Part shown: positions 13,180 to 27,160 of the stretch, in pieces
How positions within the stretch are numbered: position 1 is the first letter of the stretch
How the letters are laid out: each line of letters starts with the position of its first letter
NCBI RefSeq assembly: GCF_009834535.1
Contig: NC_045696.1
Location: forward strand, 40,178,001-40,242,000
Length of the DNA stretch: 64,000 nucleotides
From: Camelus ferus
Lineage: Eukaryota
Direction: 5' to 3'
Notes under the pieces: generated by a model
What the model was told of the DNA's origin: nothing
The model's database searches: none
The model's input: only the letters and a program-made list of their open reading frames with translations
Position numbers and translations under genes: made by a program

Positions 13180-13396
13180 GGCAATCCATCACGGACCATG
13201 TGGACAAGGACAAGCCATAGGGATGGTGAAGCAACAAGGTCAGAGGGGTCCTGGAGCCTGATTCCGTGGAACCATACTGCCCATCTGAACTGCTTAACCC
13301 TAGACGGTTCATAAACAGAAATAAACTTCAATCTTGGTTAGCCACTTTTATTGTTGGTTTCTCTTAGACCAGCTGACCTTATACTTTAACTAATAT
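13180..13396 (+). mobile_element. MLT1 (ERVL-MaLR) LTR, 3' part
   Basis: ggatggtgaagcaacaagg...gaaataaacttcaatcttggttagccact...ctttaactaata. Confidence 0.7.
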
Positions 13397-13439
13397 GTTG
13401 ACCTTCCCAATCACTCTTCAGCATATGTTCATATTTAGA

Positions 13440-13725
13440 AACTACTGACAGTTCTTCATTGCCTACAGAGTGGATACCCAAGCCTGGCTTTCAAGGGCTT
13501 TGACAATCAGGGACCCATCTACCTTCCCCTCCTTACTTCCACTACTTCTTTTCACTCCAGCCAGACTGATGGACTGCTTGTTTCTTGGACGTGCCTCCAT
13601 TATCCCTCCCCCACAAAGACTCTTCCGATTCACTTTCTAACACCCACATCTTTCTTCCTATGTACTATTGACATTTCACTTTTGAATCCGCAGTATCCTT
13701 TGCCCAGAAAATGCTTAACAAAGAT
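13440..13725 (+). mobile_element. L2 fragment
   Basis: cattgcctacagagtgg...agcctggctttcaaggg...ccagccagactga. Confidence 0.55.
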
Positions 13726-13734
13726 TCTTTTGTT

Positions 13735-13830
13735 GAAAAAGAGAAAGGAGAAGAGGTGATTAGAGGAAGAGGAAGAAAAGGAGGAGGAAGAGGAGGAAGA
13801 TTTAAGAAGAAAAAGCAGAAGAAGGTGAAA
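13735..13830. repeat. GA-rich low-complexity tract
   Basis: Read directly. Confidence 0.8.
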
Positions 13831-16039
13831 ATAGTGGAGAATGGGTGATTGTGTTTTGTTAATGACCATAATGGTGAAGTAGTACCAGTGATGGGTTCAA
13901 AAAAGAAACTGTAAAGCTATGAATGCGTGGAAGGAAGCCCTGTGGCCATAAGTATGTCTTGTATCTTTCATGAGCTTTCTATTTGTTTTTTATTCCTTGG
14001 GAAAGCAATTAGGCAAATAAGAAACATTAAGAAATTGGTTTCCATTCATTTACTGAGCTATTTTTTCCTCGTGTAGAGTAATTTGAATAAACCACAAATT
14101 AATTTTCTATCAATGGTGCCAAAACATTTTAGAGCACTTTGGGCTATTCAGAGTGGCTATTTGAAACTGTATTTATTTTTCAGGGCAATCTTATTGAAAG
14201 TGAAAATTCAGCATATTGGTATATTTAAAAGAAATGCCATCCTGTTTTCACTTAGGACTTTGTGTCTTGTTTTCCCCAAGTTGTATCTAGGCAGCATATT
14301 AAATTATCTCCCTTTTAAAGAAAACTTTATTTGTAATGTTGAAAAAGTTAAGGTAGGAAGAATTCACAAAAGAGTCCTATGAAAAAGTGTCAGTTCATTT
14401 GAAGGAAGATTGCATAAGGTAGTGGTTAACTAAATGTTATTAACCTCAACCAGAGTGTAAATAAGACTGAACCACTAGGATTTTACTTCTGACTTCAAGT
14501 TTCCATGTCTTATCCCCAAATCTGTATTTCTAAGCATTTCCAATATTCTTGATGGGTATTCCATCAAGGGTATTACTATACTGAATGAATATTTCCCAAA
14601 AGCAAAGGTAACAAGTGTTCCAGAGTAAAGTATTGTCTGTCCCTATATACAAAGAACAGGGTTCCCCCTGTTAAGCATTGGACCCAAAGCAACTGCTTGT
14701 GCAGTTTCCTTGGTATCAGGCATACCCAGAGGATAAATTTAGCCTGGAGATACTATGAGGCAGCTTGTGGGAGGGCCAGAGTGATCTTGCTTTCAGTGGC
14801 TAGAAAAAGGGCAAGACCTTTGGAGAGCAGAACTAAACCAACATGTTTTGATGTGTAGATACCAAAGTCAGTCACAATATCTTTAAATTGCGTTATTTGC
14901 ATTCCACCTAGATACATTATCATCAAAAGCTGATTCAAGTCTGTATTTTCCAGGCCTCCTATATTGTACCATGAATTACAAATAAATTACAGATAAAAAT
15001 CAGAGACAAATACCCGACACTCCCTTACAAGATTAAAACTATAATTCAAGATTTAATACCAACAATTCTTGCACTGATACATCAAGTACTTTTAGAGTAA
15101 CAATGCTATCTTATACTTGTAACACATTTTGTATTTCACATTCATTATTTCATAGTGAGTTGTTTCTGTGATTATCTTGTTAAACTTTCGGAAAACGTGT
15201 GATTTCACATTGCCCATATTTTTATTTAATACATGTTTGATTCGACAAGCACTAATTGAATACCCATTGTCTTCCAAACTCATGTAACACTCTGAACACA
15301 CTAAAGTTAACCAAAATTCTTCTGCATCACCACCTTAGACAAATGATCCATTTTATCACAAATCTCATGTCTATCACACTAATTAACTATACTTTCTTAT
15401 ATATTTTCAGTAAAAGAAAGAAGGTTAAGAACATACCTAAATCAGTCAAGCTTTGGATGACTAAGATTTTCTTTGGATATGATTCTATAAACTGGTGTAA
15501 GCTTACAAGCTTTTCTGTTTCAAGTAACTAACTGCCCATTTCAAATCACCAAACATCATAGAAGAGCTCTGATCTCATGTTCAATGTAGATGAGCAAAAT
15601 TGTGTGGCAAGAAGGGATCAGTAACACTGCTTCTTTTCACACAAGGGAGCATTTTCCCCTGATACATTGGGTTTGCATTCATCTGCGGGTGGTTCCCATA
15701 GCCAGAAGCTATCCTTACAAGCCCTCAGCTTTTATAACTACTTGCTGCCCACTCTTCTTGTTCCACAGTCACGCCTTAATGTCTTTTAACCAACTTTTGT
15801 CTCCCAGTTGACCCTTTGCCAGGAATACACCCTAGTCTCATCTTTTTCTCCTAGATAAGCAAGTTGCTCTTCTCCACAGACAGTATGTCCAAACAATACC
15901 AATTTGTATTCCATGACTTTTCCAACAACCCACACCCTCTTAAATGGATGTTTTACTCATATGATCACGATGCTTTTGTTTCCATAGGATTCTCTGAATT
16001 GGAGAGTTTAGAGAGCAATGAGCAGTGCCCTGTTTTTCT

Positions 16040-16810
16040 GTTTTTTTGTTTTGTTTTGTTTTTAAATTGAAGTATAGTCAGTTTACAATGTTGTCAATTT
16101 CAGGTGTACAGCATAAAGTTTCAGTCATTCATATACATATATATGTTCATTTTCACATTCTTTTTCACTATATGTTCCTACAAGATACTGAATATAGTTC
16201 CCTGTGTGGTATAGTAGAAACTTGTTGTTTGTCTATTTTATATATGTTAGTACTTGCAAATTTCAAACTCCCAGTTTATCCCTTCCCACCTCCTTTCTCC
16301 TCTGGTAACCATGTTTGTTTTCTATGTCTGTGGGTCTGTTTCTGTTTTGTAAGTTTATTTGTGTCTTTTTTTTTTTTTTTTTTTTAGATTACACATACAA
16401 GTGATAGCATATGGTATTTGTCTTTCTCTTTCTGGCTTACTTCACTTAGAATGACGATCTCCAGGTCCACACATGTTGCTGCAAATGGCATTATTTTATT
16501 CTTTTTTATTGCCAAGTACTATTCCATTGTATAAATATACAGACATTTAGGTTGTTTCCATGTCTTGGCTATTGTATATAGTGCTGCTATGAACACTGGA
16601 GTGCATGTATCTCTTTCAATTAAGGTTCCCTCCGGATATATGCCCAGGAGTGGGATTGCTGGATAATATAGTAAGTCTATTTTTAGTCTTTTGAGGAATC
16701 TCCATACTGTTTTCCATAATGGCTGCACATTCCCACCAATGGTGTAGGATTTCCTTTTCTCCACAACTTCCCCAGCATTTATCATTTGTGGACTTTTTAA
16801 TGATGCCAGT
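16040..16810 (-). mobile_element. Young camelid-type L1 (ORF2 C-terminus plus 3' UTR), 5'-truncated, with a diverged TSD
   Basis: ORF 16519-16785 gives the L1 ORF2 motif PLWKTVWRFLK..PAIPLLGIYP..FIAALYTIAKTWKQPKC; flanks cagtgccctgttttt (16023-16037) and cagtgacctggttttt|aa (16807-16822). Confidence 0.92.
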
Positions 16811-16849
16811 GACCTGGTTTTTAAATCATAGGCTTAAGAGCTAAGATTT

Positions 16850-17030
16850 GTTGGATGCTTGCATTGTGCTAGGTGTCATGATAGGACTCTCATTTAAGCT
16901 CCATCATAATTTTTGGAGGACCTTATTAATCTACAGTATGGATGAGGAAATATCCTCAGACAGTTAAATCGCTTGCCCAAATGGCTTGCTCATGGTAGGT
17001 AAAATGTAGACTTTAACCTACATCTTGTAG
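16850..17030 (-). mobile_element. MIR SINE
   Basis: gatgaggaaatatcctcagacagttaaatcgcttgcccaa. Confidence 0.6.
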
Positions 17031-17034
17031 ACTG

Positions 17035-17592
17035 GGCTCCATTCATGGTGCAGCCAGGAGACCAGGAGAATGTCTGTATCTGGTAATTCAACAGATGAAG
17101 TCTGTCATGGGTGTCATGGGGTATTTGTCCCAAAAGTCTTAGAAGGGCCCAAAGGGCAAGCATGGATGGGAATCAACCAGGAGTTTCCAACTATAAGAGG
17201 CTGCTATCATCCCCAGAGTTGGTTGGACAAAGGGAGGGAGGGATGTAACCAGAGCTCAGGAGTCGAAGACATGGTAGATGCTGGAAGCCAGCAGCTCAGA
17301 CAATAGAAGTTTGGACCATGGAAGAACAAGCTGTCTGGCAGGGATTGGAGCTTTACAAGACACAGTCACAAGTAAAGATACCCCTGAAGCAGAGAGGTGG
17401 AAAGAAATACCCTGGATTACTCCTTCCTCTGTCCCTCATGTCTCCTGCCAGTGGCTCCCAGTGCCACTCCTAGGGAGAAGCTGATTAATGAAGGAGTCTT
17501 GGAAATAACAAGGATATCTTCTCTGCAGCACAGAGAGGGGAGCAGAGGGAAGACAGAAAATGGGTTTGATAATAAACAGGCAACAGTCTACC
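17035..17592 (-). mobile_element. ERVL-class solo LTR (LTR33/LTR41/LTR79-like)
   Basis: agaaataccctgg...tctcctgccagtggctccca...gcacagagaggggagcagagggaag; recalled similarity. Confidence 0.55.
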
Positions 17593-19139
17593 TGACTCCA
17601 AAACTCATACTGACTTCACCAAGACATGACTGCTGCCCTCCATGATTTGCATCCAGTACTGATAACTTAGTACAACCTGTGACTGAGACAGACTAGCCAT
17701 CTACTTGTCAATGGAATAATGCCTCTTCTTCCTCCTAAGCACAGCCAAGCACCCTATACAGTGACCAGAACATAATGGGAACTCAGTGACTATTAGTGGA
17801 TTTCTCCCTCTCTTTCAAATGTTGTATAAGTTCAAGTGATCTACGATAGTGAAAAAATAAACAAAAGGCATGGATATCAAGTAACTAAATATTAAAAAGA
17901 GACATAGTTCTTTCCTGTGATTCAAGGAAGGTAAGAGAAGAGAATAATTTTTCAGTTTTGGCCTTTATGTGACATTATTTCACAAAATTCATTGCTAAGT
18001 GGCTCCATGGCTCAAATGACCACAAGTTCAAAATACAAGCCAAAAAGCTGTCTAGGTAGCCTGGGAGGCCTTAGTGGAGCTGACTGTCACTTACTACTCA
18101 GCCCCCACTTCCCTCCTCCCGAAGGGAAGAGAATGCCGATACCACTTTCAAGCCATTGAAGTCACTTGCTCAGCCTCTTCGTTATACCAGTTGATATTAT
18201 TGTTGGAATTCATTACTTCTCAAGTGTCCTCTATTTAATCTATTTCACATTCATAAGGAATATGAAATCCAAAACCAGCATAGACTAAATTATACTCATT
18301 ATTTGATCTTAAAAGTAATTCCTTAACATATGGAAGAGGAAACATTTGGGGAAAATGTCAATGGGTCTGGAGCATCAGAGTGACAAAGTTCCTAATGCTG
18401 GCTACTCCCCCAAACATATTTAATCCCTTCATTACAAAAATTACATGAGAAATTTCATAAGAACCATCTTACTAGCAGAATTCTAGGTATTTCCTGTTCC
18501 CAAGGGCAGAGAAATACTGCAAAATCAACATTTTTTAATGACATTTCAGTACTGTCCTCTCTTGGCTGAAAACATAAAAAGCAAGAGACACATATAAAAA
18601 TGAAAAAGGAAAAAAAGTTAAACATTTTGAGCCCTTAAATAGTTGATTTTTATGTTAAACCTTTAATCCAATTTGTACTATCCAACCAAGTCTGCCCATC
18701 CCTGGTGACAACATAATGAATAAATTAAAATAAATACTTCTGCTTCTTCTAAGTTTAATTCTTTCATGACTACTATAATAAGAAATAAATATTACCATTT
18801 CAGTGTGAATTCCAAGCACCACTTGATTGTTTGGCTGTTTGTATATTTTAAAATAAAATTCTATCTGCTACTGTTCATTTGGAATATAATCTTAGATAAG
18901 CTCGTTTGAACTAGTGGCAAATTCTAATGTTTATTGAAGTCTGTGAAATGAATTCATGTTGAATATGATCTTTTGGTCTGAAAGCCGAGTATCAAGCCAG
19001 CATAAACTTCAACTCTCCTGGCAGGAAAGTAAAGAATTTCTCTCAATTTCAGACCACCTCTCTGACTCTAAACCCCACCCCACAACACACACGTACACAC
19101 ATTTTTCTCCATCATATTACCCAGAAGACTACTATAAGA

Positions 19140-19670
19140 AGAGTGGACTGACTCTTGGTTCACTCTCAAATCAATTCTCCTGCCCCCTAGGCTGCTCTGT
19201 CACAAGGAGGTGCTGCCCCCTGCAGGCTGCATTCCCAGAGTTCTCAACTGAGTCTGGCTTCAGCCAAGGAGCAGCAACTGGTAGGGAGATTGGAAAGCCG
19301 GAGAAAAGAAAAAGCCTGGGCATTTCTACTTCAGGCTACATCTCCTGCACAGTTTCATGGCAGGAAATGCCAGCTACAGTTCAAAATTCCACTACATGAC
19401 CCCAACCTTTGGGACCCTATAGAAATCATATTGCAATATGTAAATGCAGCAAATCAACATGTCGTACCCCTTAAAATTACATATAAGCCAATTATATTTC
19501 AATTAAAAAAATACCCTCCCTTTGTTTCTTTTATGACTTCCACTGTTGCCATTCTATCTCCTATTTTGTTTTGCCAAACTTCCATCGTATATATTCAATT
19601 TACCCTTTTAAATTCCTACCTTTTAAAATACTTTGAGTGGTTTCTACTTCCCTAGTTGGACACTAACATA
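19140..19670 (+). mobile_element. ERVL-class solo LTR (LTR33/41/79-like), interrupted by an L1 tail
   Basis: ccccctgcaggctgcattcccag...ggagattggaaag...gcctgggcatttct; LTR-like end gagtggtttctacttccctagttggacactaac. Confidence 0.55.
19422..19512 (+). mobile_element. L1 3'-terminal fragment (L1MA-like)
   Basis: aatcaacatgtcgtaccccttaaaattacat...ttatatttcaattaaaaaa resembles the end of the L1 at 30190-32330. Confidence 0.65.
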
Positions 19671-21974
19671 AATAGCTTAAATCAAAGCTGACAAGAATTA
19701 CAACCCACTTTTTCCTATAACCTCATATAGGTTTCAAAGAAACCAAAACCCTGAGAGAAAGTAAAAAGAGAAGAGAGAAGAGGGAATGAGGGGAGGGGAG
19801 GGGAGGGGAAGACTGGGAGGAGAATGGAGAAGGGGTGACAGGAGAGAACTCTTTCCCCATGTGCCTCACAGGGTTCAGTGTTCCTCTCTATAGAGACCAC
19901 TATCTACAGAGTAATGGCAGGGTTTTTTTGTCTCTTCATCTTTTACTCCAAAATGGAAGCAAGCCTGGCTGATATTGGTCATGATATTCCCCACTTTCAC
20001 TGCAGATTCTCTTACTCTTCCCATAATCAGAGCAATCCAGCCCCCACAAGGTACCCCAGAATGTCATGTCTCACAGCAAAGACAGGAATAGTCTGTGGCT
20101 GGCTCATCCCTCTGAGGTTGTGTCAGAAGCTATTTTTGCTTTGCCCTTCCTCCTGGAGAAGATCTTGGAGGGGCTAAGAACTTTCAGAAACTTCAAGGGG
20201 AAGTTCAATTGCTTAAGGTGACAGCCTGATATCTTAGGGAGTACATCCCCAGGCCTGAGAAGCCTCACTACTGGCACTGCTAACCCTATGAACTCCAACA
20301 TGCATGTCAAGAGAGCTGCCTCCAGAAGTTTCCCCAGCTTCCTGTCTGCAAGAGCATTCCTCCCCGACTCTGCATGTCACTTTCCACCTGAGCTCCGAGG
20401 AAGCTCTGTCAGCCAGAAATTCCAAAACCTGAATAGCCAGTTCTTTGGTCCTCGCTTCTCTGACAGGAATTGCAAACAGTCCCCTGAACTAAATAGGAGT
20501 AAGTCATGCTCATCAGCATTGCTCCCTCTTCCCATTTCAAAATGAAACAATAAAGACAGGGGATATCAAAAAATGTAAAAATTCCTCAGCTGCAATGAGT
20601 AATTAAGGAGTAGGGGGACACTGTAGAAAGTTACATAAGATCCAGTCTCTGACCTACATATATGCCTGCATACTGAGGGAGAGGAACTTATAAACGCGAA
20701 TGGGAAATGCTAATCCAGCTCTGTGTTGAGAGAGCTGTGGGCCAATAAGGAAGGGAGAAGCCAACCAGGCTGGGGAGGTGGGAAGGCCAGGCCTCTATCC
20801 TCACCCCTGCACTGGCAGACTTGTAGTGAACACTGAGGGTTCACAGAATATCAGCATGTCTGATATTCACTTAAAATTTTCACTTATTTTAGCCATAGGG
20901 ATTAAAGAACTCCATTACTCTTATTTTTCTGTTTTCTTCTGGGTTTTGTTGTCACGGATGTTATGTGTGTTCATTTTTCTTAAAATCCTGAGCTCTACTG
21001 AGAAATTCTAAGTATATTTACTGTGAACAAATGTTCTTACTACCCAAATTCCTTGCTGTGAGAAGTACTATCAAGTAGGAGGGGTAGTAGCTGGGGAAGA
21101 GAAGCTAATCCTGGGTTCATAGGCCTACTAATTATTTTTATATTTCTGTTTTATAAGGCTTTCATGAAATGCTCTGATTTCCTTTTTCCTGGGAGGCTTT
21201 TCCACTTTTTTTTTTTAAATAAAGACATCAATTCTTATAACTTACTCCTGGCTCTGTTAATTAAATACAGTAGCATGAACATCCAGGCCTTGAAAGCCGA
21301 CTGGCCCTAGTTTTTGACTAGTCGGGATAATCGCAAGATTTAGCACTCACAGACTAGTAGCTGCACTTTGATTCAATGACTTTTTGTTATTAATATTATT
21401 CCCATTGATGCTGCAAAATTCCATTGAAGGCATAATCTTTAACAAACACATAGCTAGAATGCTTTATTCCTTAGCTGCATGTACATTTAGCTTATGAGAA
21501 AGAATGATACTCACAGTAATGTGAGGAACTTCCGGAGGGGTCTCTATGAGCCTAGATTTCCATATTAGTCCTTTTTTGGGGGGAAAAACAAGTCTAGGTT
21601 GCATACTTGAAATGTTTTCAATCGGCAGCTTCACATGCCAAGCTAAATCCGCTTTCTACTTCCCTGGTCAAATCTCTGAGATTTGTAAGGACAGTGGACT
21701 TTTTCAACTGGTCAGCCCCTTTATGGAGTCAGATGTTCCTATCCTAAGCCCCAAGTCAGTTCACTTGTACAAAATTAGCTGCCTAAACCCTGGACAGTTT
21801 TCTGTCAGGTGGGTTTACGTGAGCTCAATCTCTATCATGCAACTAGGATTGGGGGGTTTAAAAAACCTTATCAGAGCCTAGTTTGGGACCCTGAGAGAGT
21901 GAGCCCATTCCTCATATTAAGACCTGTGCTACTAAATGTGTTACAAAAGTTAAAGATAGTAAGACATAAAACAA

Positions 21975-22078
21975 GGAAGAGGGTATAGCTAAGTGGTAGA
22001 GCCCATGCTTGATGTGCACGAGGCCCTGGGTTCAGTCCCCAGGGCCTCCCTTAATGAGGGAATGAATGAATGAATGAA

Positions 22079-22110
<32 letters not shown>
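21975..22110 (+). mobile_element. tRNA-derived SINE (camelid Vic-1-like) with an (AATG)n(AAAT)n tail
   Basis: A box tagctaagtgg, B box ggttcagtccc, simple-repeat tail, ataaaaca on both flanks. Confidence 0.88.
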
Positions 22111-22113
<3 letters not shown>

Positions 22114-23917
22114 AACAGTTGCTATTATTATTAATAGTATTGTGTTTTAAGTGGGAAAAATAAACGGAATTCTATTAGATAACAGCACAACAGAGAAAAG
22201 AAAATCTGCAGGTGGGAACTTGAAGCAGACAATCTTGATGCTCAGGATTCACCCGGGTACCAGGGGAAATTCTATGGCCATGTTTTGGGAAGTCTCTGGA
22301 CTTCCCTGGAAACACAAAGGACTCACTGTTGAAATGACACATTAAAAAGGCTCTGTGGTTGAAGAAGGGGTGCCTATCATGTAACTGTATACCTTTAGCC
22401 TCCAATTTGATAGAGTACAACAGTGGCTTTTTGCTACTTAAGAAGAAAAGGAATTCCCCACCGTTACTGATGGAGGGAATGAGGGCTTGCCGGAGTACAG
22501 AGAAAGCGTGGCAGGAAACACAGGGCAGGACTCCCACTCCAGCTGCAACAAAAACCATGGTCAGGTCCCACAAGAAGGACTGACAGTTGTCACCCATCGG
22601 TCATGTTTAAATGACTGGCTAGTTGATGTTTAACTTCGTTTTTGTTTTTTTTTTCATTTGTTTTGCCTGACTTTTTAAAGCAACTTTCCTATTTGATTCT
22701 TAATTCTTTTTCTTATTGATCTTAATGGGTATTTCTAAAAACTATTTACAGAGATGTACAGAATTGTGGGCTGTGCATCTCAGAAAAGGATTATAAAGGG
22801 GAAAAGTGTGAGAGTGTTATACGACCTCCTTGCTCTTTTGGCCCTTCTGTCTGACAGCTGTGCATCATTTCAAATAGTTTTCCCAGGCACATGGCTCTGA
22901 ACTCAGTTTAAACTCAATAAATGCTCCTGGAACCTCTGCTGAAATTAAGGACCCATTCTGCCCTCCTCCCATCAACAGCATTTTTTTTTTGAAAATGGAT
23001 TATAATACTTTTCAGCTTTGATGAAAGCTTCCCATTATTACAGACTGGCATTTCTGATGTAGATTAACCAGCACTGGAATTATCCTTCTGCTCCCAGGAC
23101 AGGTTCAGGTTTGACCTCTGTACAGAAGCTTACAATTTGGCAGCAGAAATGGCACCACTGAAAGAAGCAACCATGGACCACAGCAAATCATTAAATTATT
23201 TCCCCAGGGGCATTTCTGAATTTTCAAGTTTTAATGAGTCATTCACTCAATTAAGGTTGTTTACAATTGCAGAGGTTTCATTACTAATATGTAATCAAAA
23301 AATTAATTACCTCTATCAAACCTGTAGTTTCAAATGTGCCTAGGTTTCCTATCACAAGAAATAAGGCATTTCCTAGGCCAGTTTCTGTCCTATGTTTGGG
23401 AAGGGAGGGAAATCGAGATTGAGATGAAAAAGTTGTCAAAATGTCAAACTTGAAAATATAGTGGTCAGAGTGAAAAGCATTCAAGTGGAATATATTTAGC
23501 TATGTGGAAAAGTTCATTTCAGTATGTCAGAGATCTACTGGGAAGTTCAGGGCTAAAAAAAAATGGATAGACATTCAGGCCAAGGAGTGTCATGTATACT
23601 GTGAAGAACACATAAGACCATACATTAGCTGCACTTAGAGAACTTGAGGTCGCCTGGAAAAAGAGCTAGCTCAGTCTTGAGTAAAACTGATTCCTTGTGG
23701 AAAACATAATAAACAAAAATGTTCCCACTGCATCAATAGCCATAAACATTGTCACTGAACTTTCAGGAAGTCCTTAGCAATATCTCCAAACATATACCTA
23801 TTTCCCCTTTTACAGAAAGAATTAAGCAAAATTCCAACTGACAAGGTACTCTAATCCATCTCCCATCAGGTAAACCCAGGGATGACTCTACTATTAAATA
23901 AGTAGCTTAGAGGTGGG

Positions 23918-24068
23918 ATGACTGAAGTGTGGTCCATGGTCCAGCAGCATCTGTGTCACCTGGGAACTAGGCAGAAACACAAATTCTAGGGCCTCACCCT
24001 GAACCTACTGAATCAGAAGCTCTGGGGTGGCCCAGCAATCTGTGTTACATGTTTGACAACCACTGGCC
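23918..24068. mobile_element. MER5A-like hAT-Charlie element
   Basis: aagtgtggtcc...cagcagcatc...acctactgaatcagaagctctggggtggcccagcaatctgtgtt...aaccactg. Confidence 0.8.
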
Positions 24069-24699
24069 TACAGACACACACTCAGAGATTGCAAAGTAAA
24101 GGTGCTTCTACTTCTCTTCTCTGAAACTAGCTAAAAAGAACAATAAGGAACAAAAAGAAGGAAATTCCATTTTAAATGATAATAGCTACTATAATACCTT
24201 ACCAAAAACTATGAGGAATACAGTAAGATTTGGACTCAACTAAGCATAATAGATGCATACCTTAACAGACCTCAGGCAGGGCATGGAATTCTACAAAGGA
24301 AAAAGATACAGCCCTAAGGCTCCTGACTAATGATTTCTTATTTGAAACATCAAGCTGTGGAGAATGACAAGAGGACCAAATGAGGAATAAGACAGGCACA
24401 CAATCTCTGCAACTCATAGGGTGGCAATATAGCAAAGAGAGATGGTGGGTGACAACTGCATGCTGGCCAAGTAAAATTAATAAACACAAATTCCCAAAAC
24501 ATTGCTTCACTGCAAACCATGCAAACTGAATGGGGACATCCCTGAGGGAAGTAAGCAAAATTATATTCCCTGACAGAAATTTTTGGAAGAGCACTGAGAC
24601 AACAGAACCATAATGAAACTACCTGCTGCCTCTGCTTACTCCCTCAGCTCTTTTCCAGGCTGCTGTTCAGCAAATAGCTAGTTTTGAAGGAATGGCCCC

Positions 24700-26200
24700 A
24701 TTTAAAGATGAGAAAAATATAAGAAGGGGACTGGCATAAAACCAACATATATAGCTACTATAAGAAAAAAATGAAAAAAGTAAAATAAAAGAAGTACACA
24801 AAAATCACATATAACAATTACAGAAGGAATAGATCATTTCTTCAAATTATTTTAATTTTTCAGTATCACTGAAAAGTGAGTCTTTTTGAAAAATATTTCA
24901 AATAAGAGAGAATGGCTCAAAGAAGAAAAGCCAATAAAAGGATATTAAAAGTGAGCTGGCAGAACTCAGCAAGGAAATAGAAGAAACAGTCAACTTTATA
25001 TCTGAATAAATCACATTAAGAAGCAGAAATTTTCATAATTGATACCACCAAAAATATAGACTCACTTGTGGAGGTCAGACTTGAGAAAATTAAGTAAAAC
25101 GAACAAGATTAAAGAGTTAGAACTCATTAGAGAAAATAATTAAAAAGAAATTAAAATAGATATGAAAGACAAAAAAAGATCCCATATGTACATAAATGAC
25201 GTTCCCTATTAAGAAAAGAAAACAAATTAGTAAAATTTAAAATTACATTAGAGGAAAATATTCACAGGTTGTGTTAATAAAGTTTGATCTAAGGGCAAAA
25301 AGTGTTAATTGAGTCCAAGAAGAAGATTTTATAATGATGAGGTATACAGTCTATAATGAAGATCTACTATCCTGAATCTTTATGCACCAAATAATATATC
25401 ATCAAAATACATATGGCAAAAACTGAAAAAATACAAAAGATATAAATGAATAGTAATAGAAAACATGTATACAGTCTTTGACAGATAATATAGATTAAAA
25501 ATAAGTACCAATAAAGAAAAAACTAAAAATACAATTAATAATGTGACTGTTTTACATACACACACATAAAAATCAAAGGGAGCAGTTTTTAAAGACACAT
25601 GAAAAACATTAAAGTTGACAGCATAGGGAGGAGGGTGTATCTCAGCAGTAGAGTGCATACCTAGCATGCACGAGGTCCTGGGTTCAATCCCCAGTGCCTC
25701 CATTAAAAATAAAATAAATAAATAAACAAACAAACAAACAAACCTTAGAGTTGGCAATGTAATAGCTCCTAAAGAAAATCTCAGTAAGTTCTTCAATGTG
25801 AATTAGCATAGGCAATGTTTTCTAAACACAATGCATGACATTAGAAATTTCTAACAAAAATTAATCTAAATTGAACACTTTAAGCTTACACAATGCTATT
25901 TGTCAATTATATCTCAATAAAAAATAATAAATTAAAGCTAACACAACCACATTTTCAAGCAACACACCACCAAACAGGAAATCAAAACGTATAAAGCCAG
26001 ATCAGGAGACGGACTGTGAAACTTCTTGGTTCCAATACTCAAACATGGCCACCAGGTTAAAGCTTCAGAAATAGCTAAAAAAAGAAAATAAGGAAATAAA
26101 TAAAGGTACAAATAACACTGTTTATATATAAAATTGCTATCTGATGTACAAATAATAACTCATTTGAAATTTTAAGAGATGGAAAAATCTCATTTTCAAT
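24700..26200 (+). mobile_element. Old, fragmented L1 (ORF1 and endonuclease remnants)
   Basis: A-rich; atcctgaatctttatgcaccaaataat...tcaaaatacata translates to ILNLYAPNN..SKYI, an L1 endonuclease motif. Confidence 0.7.
25626..25745 (+). mobile_element. tRNA-derived SINE (Vic-1-like) inserted into the old L1
   Basis: gggaggagggtgtatctcagcagtagagtgcatacctagcatgcacgaggtcctgggttcaatcccc plus an A-rich tail; possible diverged TSD taaagttgacagcata / tagagttggcaatgta. Confidence 0.88.
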
Positions 26201-26205
26201 AGCAA

Positions 26206-26714
26206 CTCTGTCAGAGACCAGTTAGCAAAGCTGAGTTCTGACATATATTCAAATACAGAGACTTTAATAGAAGAACTAATTGTGAAGGTACTAGAATAGC
26301 TGAAAGAGAAAACAGGGAAAGGTGTTGCCCCCAAATTAGTAATAGCACAAAGCTGTTCATGTCTCTAGGCTGTAAGGTCAAAGGAAGAGAGTGGTCCTAG
26401 AGTCCAAGACCTGGGCCTCCCAAGGACACTGAGACTCTGACATGATAGCCTATTGGAAGTTGGGACTAAGGAGGGAGCTGGAGCCACAGAAGGAAACGAA
26501 CTAGAGAAGCCACCAGGAGCAGAGGGATGGGAGAACCACCCTAGCTTCTTCTCTATTCCTTCTCTTCATTATCTTTTCTATGCCTACCCCTGGCCAAACT
26601 CAAATGGAAGCCAACTAGCAGGGTTAGAGGGTTTAGAGGGTGTCCTACCCTGTGAGTGCAAATCTAGGGGAAGGCAGAGAAATGGGCCTGAAAGCAGACA
26701 ACAGACTAAGCACA
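26206..26714 (-). mobile_element. ERVL-class solo LTR (LTR33/41/79-like)
   Basis: ctggccaaactcaaatggaagccaactagcaggg...agagaaatgggcctgaaagcagacaacagactaagcaca; same layout as 17035-17592. Confidence 0.55.
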
Positions 26715-26779
26715 GCAACCAAAAATTTTTTTTTAATTAAAAGAGAAAGAGGAAATTAGTTCCATTTCCCACCCTTTAT

Positions 26780-27160
26780 TTAAAGGCTCTTAATAGGAAA
26801 TGTGTTATGAGCAATACATGTGTTTAATTACTTTTAAATATGAAAAAAGCCAGGTATAACATATAAATAATTGTATAAATGATATATAATAAAAAGTGAG
26901 TTTCTCACTCCATACCTTCAAGTTCCTCTCCACAGAAGCCGCTTTAATTATTCTGTACATACTTGTGGAAAATATTCATACATATATATGAATATTTTTA
27001 AACGCCAACAAGCATAATATACAGATTCTTCCTTTGGTTTCTTTTTTACTTAACAATGTACATTGGAGAGCTTGTCATATTTCATTGTTTTATGTCTCCA
27101 TCTGATGAAGAAATAGGCTGTTTCCAGGTATTTAGTGCTATTGACAATATATTATAAAGA
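26780..27160 (-). mobile_element. Old L1 (L1ME-type) 3' fragment
   Basis: ctttttacttaacaatgtacattggagagc...aggctgtttccag. Confidence 0.55.

Noticed and set aside
22175..22597. 140-aa minus-strand ORF
   Set aside because: No splice signals or recognisable motif; composition looks non-coding
21975..25745. Two tRNA-like sequences as tRNA genes
   Set aside because: They have simple-repeat tails, probable TSDs and degenerate stems, so they are SINEs
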